From Eledone cirrhosa (lineage: Eukaryota), in contig OZ024740.1 in NCBI GenBank assembly GCA_964016885.1, forward strand, positions 202,616,001 to 202,680,000: a DNA stretch of 64,000 nucleotides. Reading direction: 5' to 3'. Each line of letters opens with the position of its first letter. Positions within the stretch are counted from its first letter, which is position 1. Shown here one piece after another: positions 53,840 to 64,000 of the stretch. Under the pieces are notes generated by a model. It searched no databases. It was not told the DNA's origin and was given only the letters and a program-made list of their open reading frames with translations. Both the position numbers and the translations under genes were made by a program.

Positions 53840-56800
53840 AGCACAAATTCATCCAAATGGACATAGCAAGCTATTCTTCTTCCATTACACCTAACCTATT
53901 AAATAAGGCTTTGTCTTATGCTTACAAACATACAGATCTAACTACGGATGAAATCAATATCATATTAACTGCTAGAAGAACTCTAATTAATTTCAACAAT
54001 GAGTATTGGACCCGTTCAGATAGGAATAGAAACTTTGACATTACCATGGGATCATCGGTCTCAGCGCAGGTCACAGATCTTCTGGGCATTTTCATCTTAA
54101 ATATTGTAAATAGAAAACTACCGGAGATCAGCGGTGGTTTATATAGGGACGATATTTTATTTACGGTTGTCAAACATAGCAATACAGAACTAAATAGGGT
54201 TAAGAAAACTATAATTGAATTCTTTAAAAATTACGACCTTAAATTAGAAGTTGAAAGTAGTACCAAAATAGTTAATTTCCTTGACGTTACCCTTAACTTA
54301 AACTCAGGTTTTTATTACCCTTTCCATAAGCCCAATGAAAACTTAAATTATATTAGCTATTACTCTAATCACCCTAAATCCGTGAAAAATACAATTGTCA
54401 ATGGTGTACAGAAATGCATAACTAGAATATCCGCTAATAAATCCATATTTGATGAAAAAGCAGGATATTATAATGACGCGCTATGAAAGGCAGGTTATAA
54501 AAATAATATTGAATATATAGATAATAATAATTTGAATTATAATCCTGATAAAAATAAGACTAACATATACAAACGAGATTCTAAAAATTATAATACAAAC
54601 ACCAATACCATGAATAAATCGGTGAAAAAAATCAGTTCTAAATCAGTTATATGTAATTGTAGAAATAGATCAAATTGCCCTCTGCATAATAATTGTCTGG
54701 ATAGCAATCTAGTCTATAAATGCACCGTAAAAGCAAATAACATCACATACAACTATATTGGTGCAACTTCATCGACATTTAAATTAAGATTTTGGAGACC
54801 CTATTAATAATTACTAATTATGATAATTTAATTAACAAAAAAAAAAAAGTGAATTATTCTCAAATTGCCTTCATAAAGCTTCCTCTACATTCCAAGCCTC
54901 GCAAAAAGTCAGGAAAAAAAACCACTAAATAAATAGGTTCTAATTTTTGACGTCTCTTATCAACTGAGTGCGTAAAATTTTATAACAGATTATAAAACCT
55001 TGTAATAATTTTTTACTCATTTATGATATGATTAATGTTAGATTAAGGGTTCTATATAAATATATTAACATATAGATTGTTAACATGATATCTTGTGTAG
55101 ATACATTTAATTTGATTGGGATTCTTGTATATTTTTTTTAATATATAGCTTATATGGTTGACAGTTGTAATGAACCGTAAACCATTCATGCATTTATGTA
55201 TTTATTCTTTTGGAGTATGTTAGTTTTTAAGATTCAGGATGTTTGATTTATATATTTATTTATATATATGTATGGTATATGTGTCGGACACGATCCTAGT
55301 CGACAAACTTTTTCCACTTAACTTGACGTAAAACTTCAATTATAACTTTACTAACAATGATTTTATTATTTATTTATTATATGGATATGGATCACTAATA
55401 TCGTCTTGAGTTCCGAACAGAATACTCTGTATATATTTGGACAAATGTGAATATCTGGTTTAATAACTAGCTACATTTATAAGTACTTTAGATACTTAAG
55501 TGACATTCTAGTGTTATAATTGTTAAATATTTTCTAAATTATATAACAATTATTTTTTTTTTTTTTTTATTTAATTAAATTTGGGTTACCTTCGGGTCGA
55601 TGAACATCTTAAGTTTTCTCTTTCTCATGTTTGCAGACACTTTAAATATGATATTATACTATAATATAGATCCTTTAAAATGTTCTTGTATTTTTAAATT
55701 ATATAGCTTAAATATTTGGCACTTATATGATCGCAAACAATTTACTTATTTACTTTGAATCTGTTTCTTATCCTTATGATTCATGAAGTTTGATTTGTTT
55801 ATTTATAGTATTACATGATTCTAATATAATAATTGATCTAAAACCTTAATTTTAACAATATTAACAGTATCTTATTTATTATATTATATTATATTATGTT
55901 ATGTATAACTGACTAATATCGTCTTGAACTTTAGACAATATACTCTTTGTATATATTTAGACAAATACGTATATCTAGTTTAATTATAAGGCCTTTAGAT
56001 ACTTTAGGGCATTCTAAATGTTAATTTTAAATTTTTAAAGTTATAACTGTAATTATTTTCTAAATTATATAATGAGAATTATTATTTTAATATAAACATT
56101 TTTTTAATATAATATAAGATAATATAATTTAATATGGATTACCTTCGCGTGGATGAAAATACTAAGTCTCTTCTTTCTCATGTTTACAAATACTTTAAAT
56201 ATGATTTTATAAATTAAATATGTTAGTATACTTTAATATTAATATAGATATTTATAAACATTTATAGCCTGAAATATTATACCTTTAGATTAATTCATTA
56301 TTCTGAACTAACATAAATGTTCGAAATTTAACAGTCAGCCGGATACATTTGGATATATATATAGTGTATTTAATTAATTGTTAGTATATTTCTAATTAAC
56401 TAAGGACTCGAAATTAAACCCTCATATAATTACACCCAGATATATATAATATTTAGATTGATGGATACTTCTAGATAATTCAAAGATTCGAGTTTACTCT
56501 TTCACAAAGCTATGCCCAAATATATATTCATGTATTTATATAGATAGATATATTTTTGCCTCATCTAATCACACCCTATTCATCCACAACAATACAAATC
56601 TCCCTCCCTATGCTTTATACTATAAAAATTATTCCTCCATGTCTCTCTATCCTTGATCAATTCTCTTTTGCTTTCTATACCTCTAGTAACTATATTTTTT
56701 CCTCATCTGTTTCTCTCTGTCTTTCTTCTTTCTTCAATAATTTAAATTATTTGAATCTCTAACAGTTATGTAAATTGCTATTATGTATTTTTAAGCTTTC

Positions 56801-57147
56801 TCACATGCCCCCTCTGTATTATATGTAAATTTTTCATGTTTCAATCTTAAGGTATATAAATATTGAGTTTTGTCATATCTTATTCACTACCATGACTGAA
56901 TCTTAACCATCTACTAAGTCAGGGTATGTCATGCATCATCTTATTTTATCTGATGAGGACGTACTGTTGAAGATAGCTCAGAACCTCTGAAATATGTATA
57001 ATAAAATATACTTGATCACACGAATGTCTATTTTTGTTAATATTTTGAATTAATATTAATAACTCCGGAAAACCAAATACTGTTGAGTGCTTCCAATCTA
57101 TTGTAAAACTCATTCTTTGATTTATTCATTGAACCTTATTTAACCTT

Positions 57148-57150
<3 letters not shown>
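53838..57150 (+). mobile_element. Penelope-like element 1: 5'-truncated, internally deleted RT + GIY-YIG, long 3' region with hammerhead
   Basis: KFIQMDIASYSSSI, FDITMGS..AQVTDLLG, GGLYRDD, VNFLDVTLNL, PFHKPNE..SNHPK; CNCR..CPL..CL..NLVYKC..YIGAT (GIY-YIG); SELFSNCLHK end motif near 54850. Bounded by (TA)n at both ends. Confidence 0.9.
56942..57008 (+). ncRNA. Type I hammerhead-like motif in the pLTR of Penelope-like element 1
   Basis: tattttat-CTGATGA-gg...cc-tct-GAAA-ta-tg-t-ATA^ataaaata. Perfect 8-bp stem I, intact core boxes, minimal stem III; stem II is weak or atypical. Confidence 0.6.
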
Positions 57151-57190
<40 letters not shown>

Positions 57191-57193
<3 letters not shown>

Positions 57194-57577
57194 GGCACAT
57201 GGCTTAGTGGTTAGAGCATTGGGCTTGCAATCATGAGTTCAATTCTCGGACCGGGTGATGTGTTGTTTCTTTGAGCAAGACACTTTATTTCACATTGCCC
57301 CAGTTTACTCAGCTGCAGAAATGAGGTGATAGGGACTCGGGCCCCTATCATTCCACTGCAAAGCGGTCGCAGAGATGACATGGCAAAAAAGCACCCAGCC
57401 CACGCTGTAAAGTGGACGTGTAGGCGCCACGGCAAAAAAGCACCCAGCACTCACTGTAAATGAGGTTGGTGTTAGGAAGGGCATCCAGCTGTAGAAATCA
57501 AGCCAGAATCAGTTCCCGTCCCACCTTTGCAAGCAGGGAAAAGCGGACATAAAAAAAGAAATGATGATAATGATGAT
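57191..57577 (+). mobile_element. SINE family 2 copy in a (TA)n tract between two Penelope-like elements
   Basis: Same head, core and tail as 16847-17193. Flanked by (TA)n on both sides. Confidence 0.85.
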
Positions 57578-57636
57578 AATATATATATATATATATATAT
57601 CAAAATGAAAATCCGAAGGCAAGGTAAAATTCCAAT

Positions 57637-57722
57637 CATTTAATCACGACACATGTTTCAATAAGAGATAGATCGATTGTGAAGCTATGATCGATTATCA
57701 CTGATCTCATCAGGTGAAAATG
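57637..57722 (-). ncRNA. Type I hammerhead motif in the 3' pLTR of element 2
   Basis: Minus strand: cattttcac-CTGATGA-(47-nt stem II domain)-GAAA-ca-tg-t-GTC^gtgattaaatg. Stem I has 9 bp with a 2-nt bulge; stem III carries the CATG palindrome. Confidence 0.65.
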
Positions 57723-60700
57723 GATTGTCTTCAAAATTCTTGATATGGGGGAGAAAAATAACGATGTTCTCTCACAGAATTCATTCCCTCATATGAAGAC
57801 ACACCAGTCAGAGACACGGCGACTGCTATTAGCTTTAGTTGAGGTCATAAAAGTTGTCAGATTTCTATTGCTGCAAAAGACGCTGGACATGAATCAAACC
57901 TGTAGAATTATAGAAGGTCACAGTTAGTGTGGGTGGGTACACACACACTCACACACACCGAAGCGATGTCAGTGAAAAAAAACAAATATAAGAATGTAGC
58001 AACACAGCATTCACCGAAAGTTAGTTCACAAAACAACAGATGCTACATTGGTCAAATCTCAATTTGACAATGTAAATTGGAAATATTGGGTTAACCAACG
58101 CCCCATACACACACACAAGCAAGTAAGTCCAGTTCAATGTTCTGCTATACGTGTATAGATCGAATTGTAACATCCATATCTTCAAGTGTATGTTATGGTA
58201 TATACACATCCGAATCGTCCAAAAAAGGGTATGTCTGGGTATATACACATCCATGTGAAGAGCAAGCAATCAGCTCATATCGAACTCAGTATGTACCGCT
58301 GTCCGATTGAGAATCCGAGTCACCAAATCCGTGCGTGCAAACAACCGTAATGTAGGCCAGCAAGGGGCTCCGTGTAGGGTTGGGTATTGGGTAAATGCGT
58401 CAGTAAGTGCGATTTCCCGTCATATGGGCCAATGAGCTTTTAAGATAGTTGTTTGAGTGTTGGAGGTGTGTTATCCAACACAGAAGGTGAAGTAAAAAAA
58501 CACAGGATAGTAAAATCCAGAGGATGGGTGTAGGCACATTAATGGTGTGTATTATTGTTCAATCGAGGTTGACTTTGCCTTTCATCCTTACGGGGTCGAT
58601 AAAATAAAGTACCAGTAATGCACTGGGTAATTGCTGGCCTTGTGCCTAAAGTAGAAACAATTATTGTTCAATCCGTAACAGTGAGTCCTCCATGGTTAGA
58701 TTATCACGGATCAAAACCTAGTGTAGTGTTCAGTCAATATGAACGTGACAGTCGTAATTGTGGGAGGTCAATGTCTAAAGGAAACGGGTACTGTGTGTAG
58801 AGTTATGTATAGAGAGCGTAATCGGTCCTAACTAAGTGTGTAATACGACTAACTGTATCCCAACTGAGAGAACTCAGTGGTTAGGGTATATTAAAGTGAA
58901 GGTAGGTGCGCGTAATCGGTCATGCCTGAGTGTGCAATCAATTACTAACTAGGTATACTAAGTGTGTAATCAATCTAACTATTTACTAGCTAGGTATTCT
59001 AAAAAAGTGCACTCAGCTGTGAGAACTCCGTGGAAACAGGCCGAATATCGTTTGTAAGTGCGCAAACAATCTTAGCCGTTAACTACCTGGGTGTGTGACT
59101 GTCTGTTTATTGAGAGAACTCTATGGCTAAAGTAGAGAGGGAGGGGTTAGTGGTAGGTTACCTTCCAAAAATCCTGCGGGAGGTTTTCGAGGTTCTATGT
59201 TGGCAGTTGCTGAAAAAATCTGTTCTCCTATTAATTAATAGGGGGCCGCCTCTAATAATATTAAAGGTTTCAGCTATACATAAATTGCAAACGCCAGTGC
59301 TGCCGTTATAAGGTTGGGCTGAGCAAACTATGGACCAGGATAAGGAGTGCTCTATATTCTGATGTTTAAGTTTCCAGACTAATTCAGAAAGTGCCGTGCT
59401 ATTTTTTTTATCTAATCTATTGGCGGTGATTATACCATCTATCCTTAAATTCCATGGCAGTTGCCCCAACATACTTACAGGTTCTATCAGGAGTGTAAAC
59501 TATGTTTTTGGTAAGGCATTTCCCAGTCATAGGGCATGTGGCGGTGCTTCTGCAGTTACATTTTTTGCTATCGAACTGGGTAGTTCCAGATGGACCACGG
59601 TACCTTTGGGGTCGGGTCTCAGTTCCTGTCTGCTCTATGGGTAAATTCCCTGGGGTTGGGCAGACCCGACTCGCCTCACGTGTATGAGTCAGTTCCTCCA
59701 TAGAGCTGCCATTGTTCCTGCCATGCCTAATTTCCTCTTGGGCTGTCCTAAGTCTACTATAATTCATCTTAGCTATATTCTGAGCTATGTTACTAGTTGT
59801 GGAGTAGGACAGCTTGATATTATTCCTATTGAATATTTTATAGTATCTGTGCGATCTAGGGAAGCATTTATCTAAGGCCCTAAAGAAAAGCTTAGCTATA
59901 CTAGTGGTCAGGCCAGTGGAGTAAGGGGGATTATACCACAGGACTTTTCTGGTCCGATGCCTCTTGTTCTTACTAACTATATTAGAGTTACCTGTCTCCC
60001 TAGTAATTACTGGTCTATTGTAACTGGAAATTTCCTGTGAGTCGATGGTGTCCTGGGGTGTCACGATTGTGTTCGGAATCGTCCCAAGTCGCCAGGGCGG
60101 TGTACCCCCCGTGTGGCCATTGGGATTACCCTCGATAGCCGGAGTTATAACCACTATGCGTCTGCTACACCTGTCCCTATTCCCCTTACTCGACCCTCGT
60201 TTCATACTGCGTTCAATGGTAGTTTTATCGGTTCTACAATTAAGGTTACCATTAGAGTTTCCGCTGGCGTTACGTTGCTCAGACCCCGTGTTAGTACCTG
60301 GGTGGTTGTTTCTATTGATACCAACAGCATTGGGACTAGGCGGCAATACAACATGAAGTCTATATAAATCCTCCCTCGTATCACGCCTGATGTTAACTAG
60401 AGTGTCACTATTTAGGCCTAAGCTATCGCAGGCAATGTTCCTTCTACTATTTAATGGACGTTTGCATGAGATTCCCTCGTATGCCCCGCGCGTTCCAGGG
60501 CGCTATTATAGTAATTCTAGATCTTATTAAAGGTATCTTCATTGGAAGATAGTCCTGAAATTCTACTAGAGACGCTTTTGGTAATACCATTAGTGACTAT
60601 TCTAGTGTGGTTCGATTTTGCGTTGACATAGTTTAAATTCTCGTTGGGTTTGTGGTAGGGTTGGAAGAGTCCTGAATTGAGGTTAAGTGTAACATCTAGA

Positions 60701-61999
60701 AAATTAACTATCTTTAAGTTCTCTTCAAATAATATACTTAGGTCTATGTTCTTGAAGAATTTGCTTAGTTTTTTTCCTCACCCTCTCTACCATACTATTA
60801 TTATGGAACGACACAGTAAACAAAACGTTGTCACGGTAAGCGCCGCCTCCCAGGTGGGGCATTTCCACTCCGAGACAGTCAAGGAGGTAAAGGCCCACCA
60901 GATCCGTCACCTGGGCCGAGTCCGTGGGTCCCATGGTGATGTCGAAATTGTCTGGCCAATCTTTCCTGGTCCACAGGTCACCGTTGAATTCAATTAAGGT
61001 TTTCCTAGCTAGGAGAATAATGTTAATTTCTTCGGATGTAAGGTCGGTGTGTAAGCTAGCAAAGTTAAGGGCCCTACCTAGAAGAGTAGGATAGATTGAA
61101 GAGTGGTAATTAGAGATATCGAACTGTATAAACTTAGTGCTATTCTTATTCTGCGATTTCTCAAACCAGTTAATTACCTCACTAGTTCCTGACCACAATT
61201 TGAGCTTCGATCTCCTAACTAGAGTGGGGATTATTTTATCAAGGATGTTTTTACTTACGATTCCTATGTCCGACTTCGAAGAGGCTATCAGCCTGACAGG
61301 TCTTGATGATTCAAAGTCAAATTTGTGGTCTTTCAGCAAAATCCTCGGAGTTCTAGGATGGACGATTCGGATGTGTATATACCATAACATACACTTGAAG
61401 ATATGGATGTTACAATTCAATCTATACACGTATAGCAGAACACTGAACTGAACTGAACTGAACTGAACTGAACTTGCTTGTGGTGGGGTGGGGGCGTTGG
61501 TTAACCCAATATTTCCAATTTACATCGTCAATTTGAGATTTGACCAGTATAGCATCTGTTGTTTTGTGAACTAACTTTCGGTGAATGCTGTGTTGGTACA
61601 TTCTTATATTTGTTTTTTTCTCTGACATCGCTTCAGTGTGTGTGAGAGTGTGTGTGTACCCACCCACACTAACTGTGACCTTCTATAAGTCTACAGGTTT
61701 GATACTGTGTTGATGTGTGTATATATATGTTTTTTTTTTCTTTTACCTCGAGCCGGTGTATATGGGTGTGGAGTGTGTGTGTACCCACTCACTTTTAACT
61801 GTGACTGACTGTATCCCTACAGATTTGATTGATGTCCAGCGTCTTTTGCAGCAATAGAAATCTGACAACTTTTATGACCTCAACTAAAGCTAATAGCAGT
61901 CGCCGTGTCTCTGGCTGGTGTGTCTTCATATGAGGGAATGAATTCTGTGAGAGAACATCGTTATTTTTCTCCCCCATATCAAGAATTTTGAAGACAATT

Positions 62000-62085
62000 C
62001 ATTTTCACCTGATGAGATCGGTGATAATCGATCATGGCTTCACAATCGATCTATCTCTTATTGAAACATGTGTCGTGATTAAATG
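62000..62085 (+). ncRNA. Type I hammerhead motif in the inverted pLTR of element 2
   Basis: CTGATGA at 62009-62015, GAAA at 62063-62066, GTC at 62072-62074, stem I tcac/gtga with extension. Inverted copy of 57637-57722. Confidence 0.65.
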
Positions 62086-62469
62086 ATTGGAATTTTACCT
62101 TGCCTTCGGATTTTCATTTTGATACTTATACTCCGTTTTACATCATCTAGCTGTTCCCTTGAATGGAATTGGAGATATACAAAAGCGTGGAGAACTTAAT
62201 ATTGCTAACAAAGTTATTGGACCAATTTACACAACCAATAATGCACCTTACTATACAACAACTATATATATATATTGTTATACTTGGGGAGGGTCATATT
62301 TGTGTAATATTGCCAGAATTAATAACAGAACACACTCACTGTTTGGTTGGTTTTCGCTTTTTGCTTCTGTGTCTTTTATATCGGTAATCTAATTTATTCG
62401 GTCCTCAATGTTGCCATTGACTGACCGACGGTCAAAAATAATACAGATACAATATAGACACAAACACAT

Positions 62470-62530
62470 ATATATAGTTTATCAAAGTTTTTTCGTTGCA
62501 CATCTGCAACATCGTCAGTGGTGCTATTGT
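62470..62530 (-). ncRNA. Degenerate hammerhead-like motif downstream of the element 3 ORF
   Basis: Minus strand: CTGACGA-t-gttgca-gatg-tgcaac-GAAA. Stem II is perfect, but stems I/III and the NUH triplet are poor. Confidence 0.35.
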
Positions 62531-62769
62531 TTCCTCCCGTTACATTGTATGTCTACGCCATTTTTATTTAGTCTGTCTATATATTTATTTATTTATTTGT
62601 TTGTTTATTTTATTTTGTCTTTGCGCATGCGTTTGCGTGTGTGTATAGTGTTTTGTTTGATGTGTGTTCGTGATTGGGTGACTAGTGTGTGTTTATATGT
62701 GTTTGTTGTTATTGTGCTTGTGTATGTATTTATTTATTTATTTATCTATTTATTTATTTATTTATTTAT

Positions 62770-63999
62770 TTATACTTCTCTTAGGTCAGTGTTGTTTGTT
62801 TGGGTGTTGTTGTTATTCCATTCATTCTTTCTGTTTAGTCTTGGCCTTCTAAGTTCTATTTCACTGGCCTCTCTGATTTGCCTATCTGCTGGGTCATTTC
62901 TATGTTTAGATATTATTCTAATTTCTATGTTGTCTATGTTACCATCGTGTTGTTGTCTGGCATGTTCGTATAGTACTGACCCGTTTTTTCGTCCTTTTAG
63001 TTCCCCCCAGTGTTGGTCTATCCTTTCACCTATGCTACGAGCTGTCTCGCCTATGTATGTTGTTGTCATGTTTCTGCAAGTACCCTCTGTACATCTTATG
63101 CTATAGACTACGTTTCTAGTTTTACAGTTTATCCGGGGGTTTACCTTACATATGATACATCTCCTATTAGTACAGTGGGTTTTCTTAAAAGGGTAGGTTT
63201 TGCTGATCAGGGATTTTATGGTGGTTCCTGGCTTTTCTACCACCTTAATCTTTAAGTGGGTCTTTCTCAGAGCCTTTCTACACTGGTTAGCTAATTTCCC
63301 TCCAGGGGTAGCGTCCACAAACATGACACTCTGGTATTTCTGGTTGTCGTACCATGAGCTGGTTTTCCCTATCTTATGTTTAGTCCTATCTAAGCTATTC
63401 CATGATTTGCTCCTGTATAGTGGGCAAATTCCTTTCATGTCCAGTTCTATGAGGGTCTTATACTTTTCCGTGGCTCCTTCGTATACTCTGACTCTGTCTC
63501 TTTGGTTGTAGCCAGAGAACTGCATGCGGTTGATGAAGTGTTGGATGTGTCTTTCCATTTCTGTTGGGTCGCACATGCGGGACACATTCTTCATCACTCG
63601 TACCAAATCTGCGATCAGAATATTAAACTTAGCACTACTGGACATTGCTGAGTTTTTGAGTATCAGGTATTTGGAGGCCATGGGTTTAGCATAGTGTGAG
63701 TGGAGAATTTGGGCTCTCTCGTCTATAGTGTTAATCCAGAGTTCCGTGTCTAATACAGGTAGTCTATTGTTAGGGTGTTTGGAAGGGAAGTCGATAGTTA
63801 CAGTTATACTCTGGTGTATGTAATTAGCTATCTGCTGGATGCTTTCCATTGTGCTATGTTCTAAATCAAACTTGTTAGTGCTCTCTAGTGGGGATATTCT
63901 TATAACTATATTGATATCGTCTACGTAACGAGAGTACATGATGAGGTCTATGGAGCTCTCATTAAGGAGATCTTTAAGTCTCCTTTCCCACCATACCAT
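62770..63999 (-). CDS. Penelope-like element 3 ORF (RT C-half, thumb, Cys-rich linker, GIY-YIG endonuclease); open to the window edge; a different clade from elements 1 and 2
   Basis: 409 aa uninterrupted: YSRYVDD, LPVLDT, YAKPM, RMQFSGY, FVDATPGG, IKVVEKPG, C..C..C..C, NVVYSI.C..C..YIGETARS..ER..QH, S.LYEH...H, RQIREA..I, LNRKNEW. Confidence 0.9.
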   Translation of the reverse strand: MVWWERRLKDLLNESSIDLIMYSRYVDDINIVIRISPLESTNKFDLEHSTMESIQQIANYIHQSITVTIDFPSKHPNNRLPVLDTELWINTIDERAQILHSHYAKPMASKYLILKNSAMSSSAKFNILIADLVRVMKNVSRMCDPTEMERHIQHFINRMQFSGYNQRDRVRVYEGATEKYKTLIELDMKGICPLYRSKSWNSLDRTKHKIGKTSSWYDNQKYQSVMFVDATPGGKLANQCRKALRKTHLKIKVVEKPGTTIKSLISKTYPFKKTHCTNRRCIICKVNPRINCKTRNVVYSIRCTEGTCRNMTTTYIGETARSIGERIDQHWGELKGRKNGSVLYEHARQQHDGNIDNIEIRIISKHRNDPADRQIREASEIELRRPRLNRKNEWNNNNTQTNNTDLREV

Positions 64000-64000
64000 G

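Larger units (their letters stand above)
57598..62265 (-). mobile_element. Penelope-like element 2 (RT + C-terminal GIY-YIG) with 3' pLTR and an inverted 5' pLTR
   Basis: Minus-strand frames: LLKDHK..RLIASSKSDIG..FIQFDISNYHSSI..FDITMG..GGAYRDN; VNFLDVTLNL..YHKPNE; VLWYNPPYS..KIFNRNNIKLSYS; CNCR..CPMTGKCL..NIVY..YVGAT; STALS..CNLC..INRRTDFFSNCQH. Frameshifts and stops present. Inverted repeat 57598-58221 vs 61359-62124. Confidence 0.92.

Overview
AT-rich, microsatellite-rich and repeat-saturated eukaryotic DNA. The SINE/RTE/Penelope content suggests an octopus or other coleoid cephalopod (inference). The only host coding sequence I can support is one 117-bp phase-0 exon (29409-29525, +) of a SIK/AMPK-family kinase, closest to SIK3. 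No neighbouring exon was found, so the rest of the window is probably two very large introns. These hold two abundant tRNA-derived SINE families, a near-full-length decayed RTE LINE with an inserted PHD-like finger, many RTE 3' fragments, several MITE families, a non-autonomous Helitron, a Chapaev3-like transposase remnant, and minisatellites that grew inside mobile elements. The most interesting part is 50-64 kb: three Penelope-like retroelements (RT + GIY-YIG) with hammerhead-ribozyme motifs in their pseudo-LTRs. It also contains a ~400-nt non-coding, terminally redundant, hammerhead-carrying element with an inverted arm that starts next to the predicted cleavage site (50165-50762), a candidate retrozyme or circular-RNA parasite of the Penelope machinery. 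Most ORFs in the supplied track are microsatellite artefacts. All folds and alignments were done by eye.
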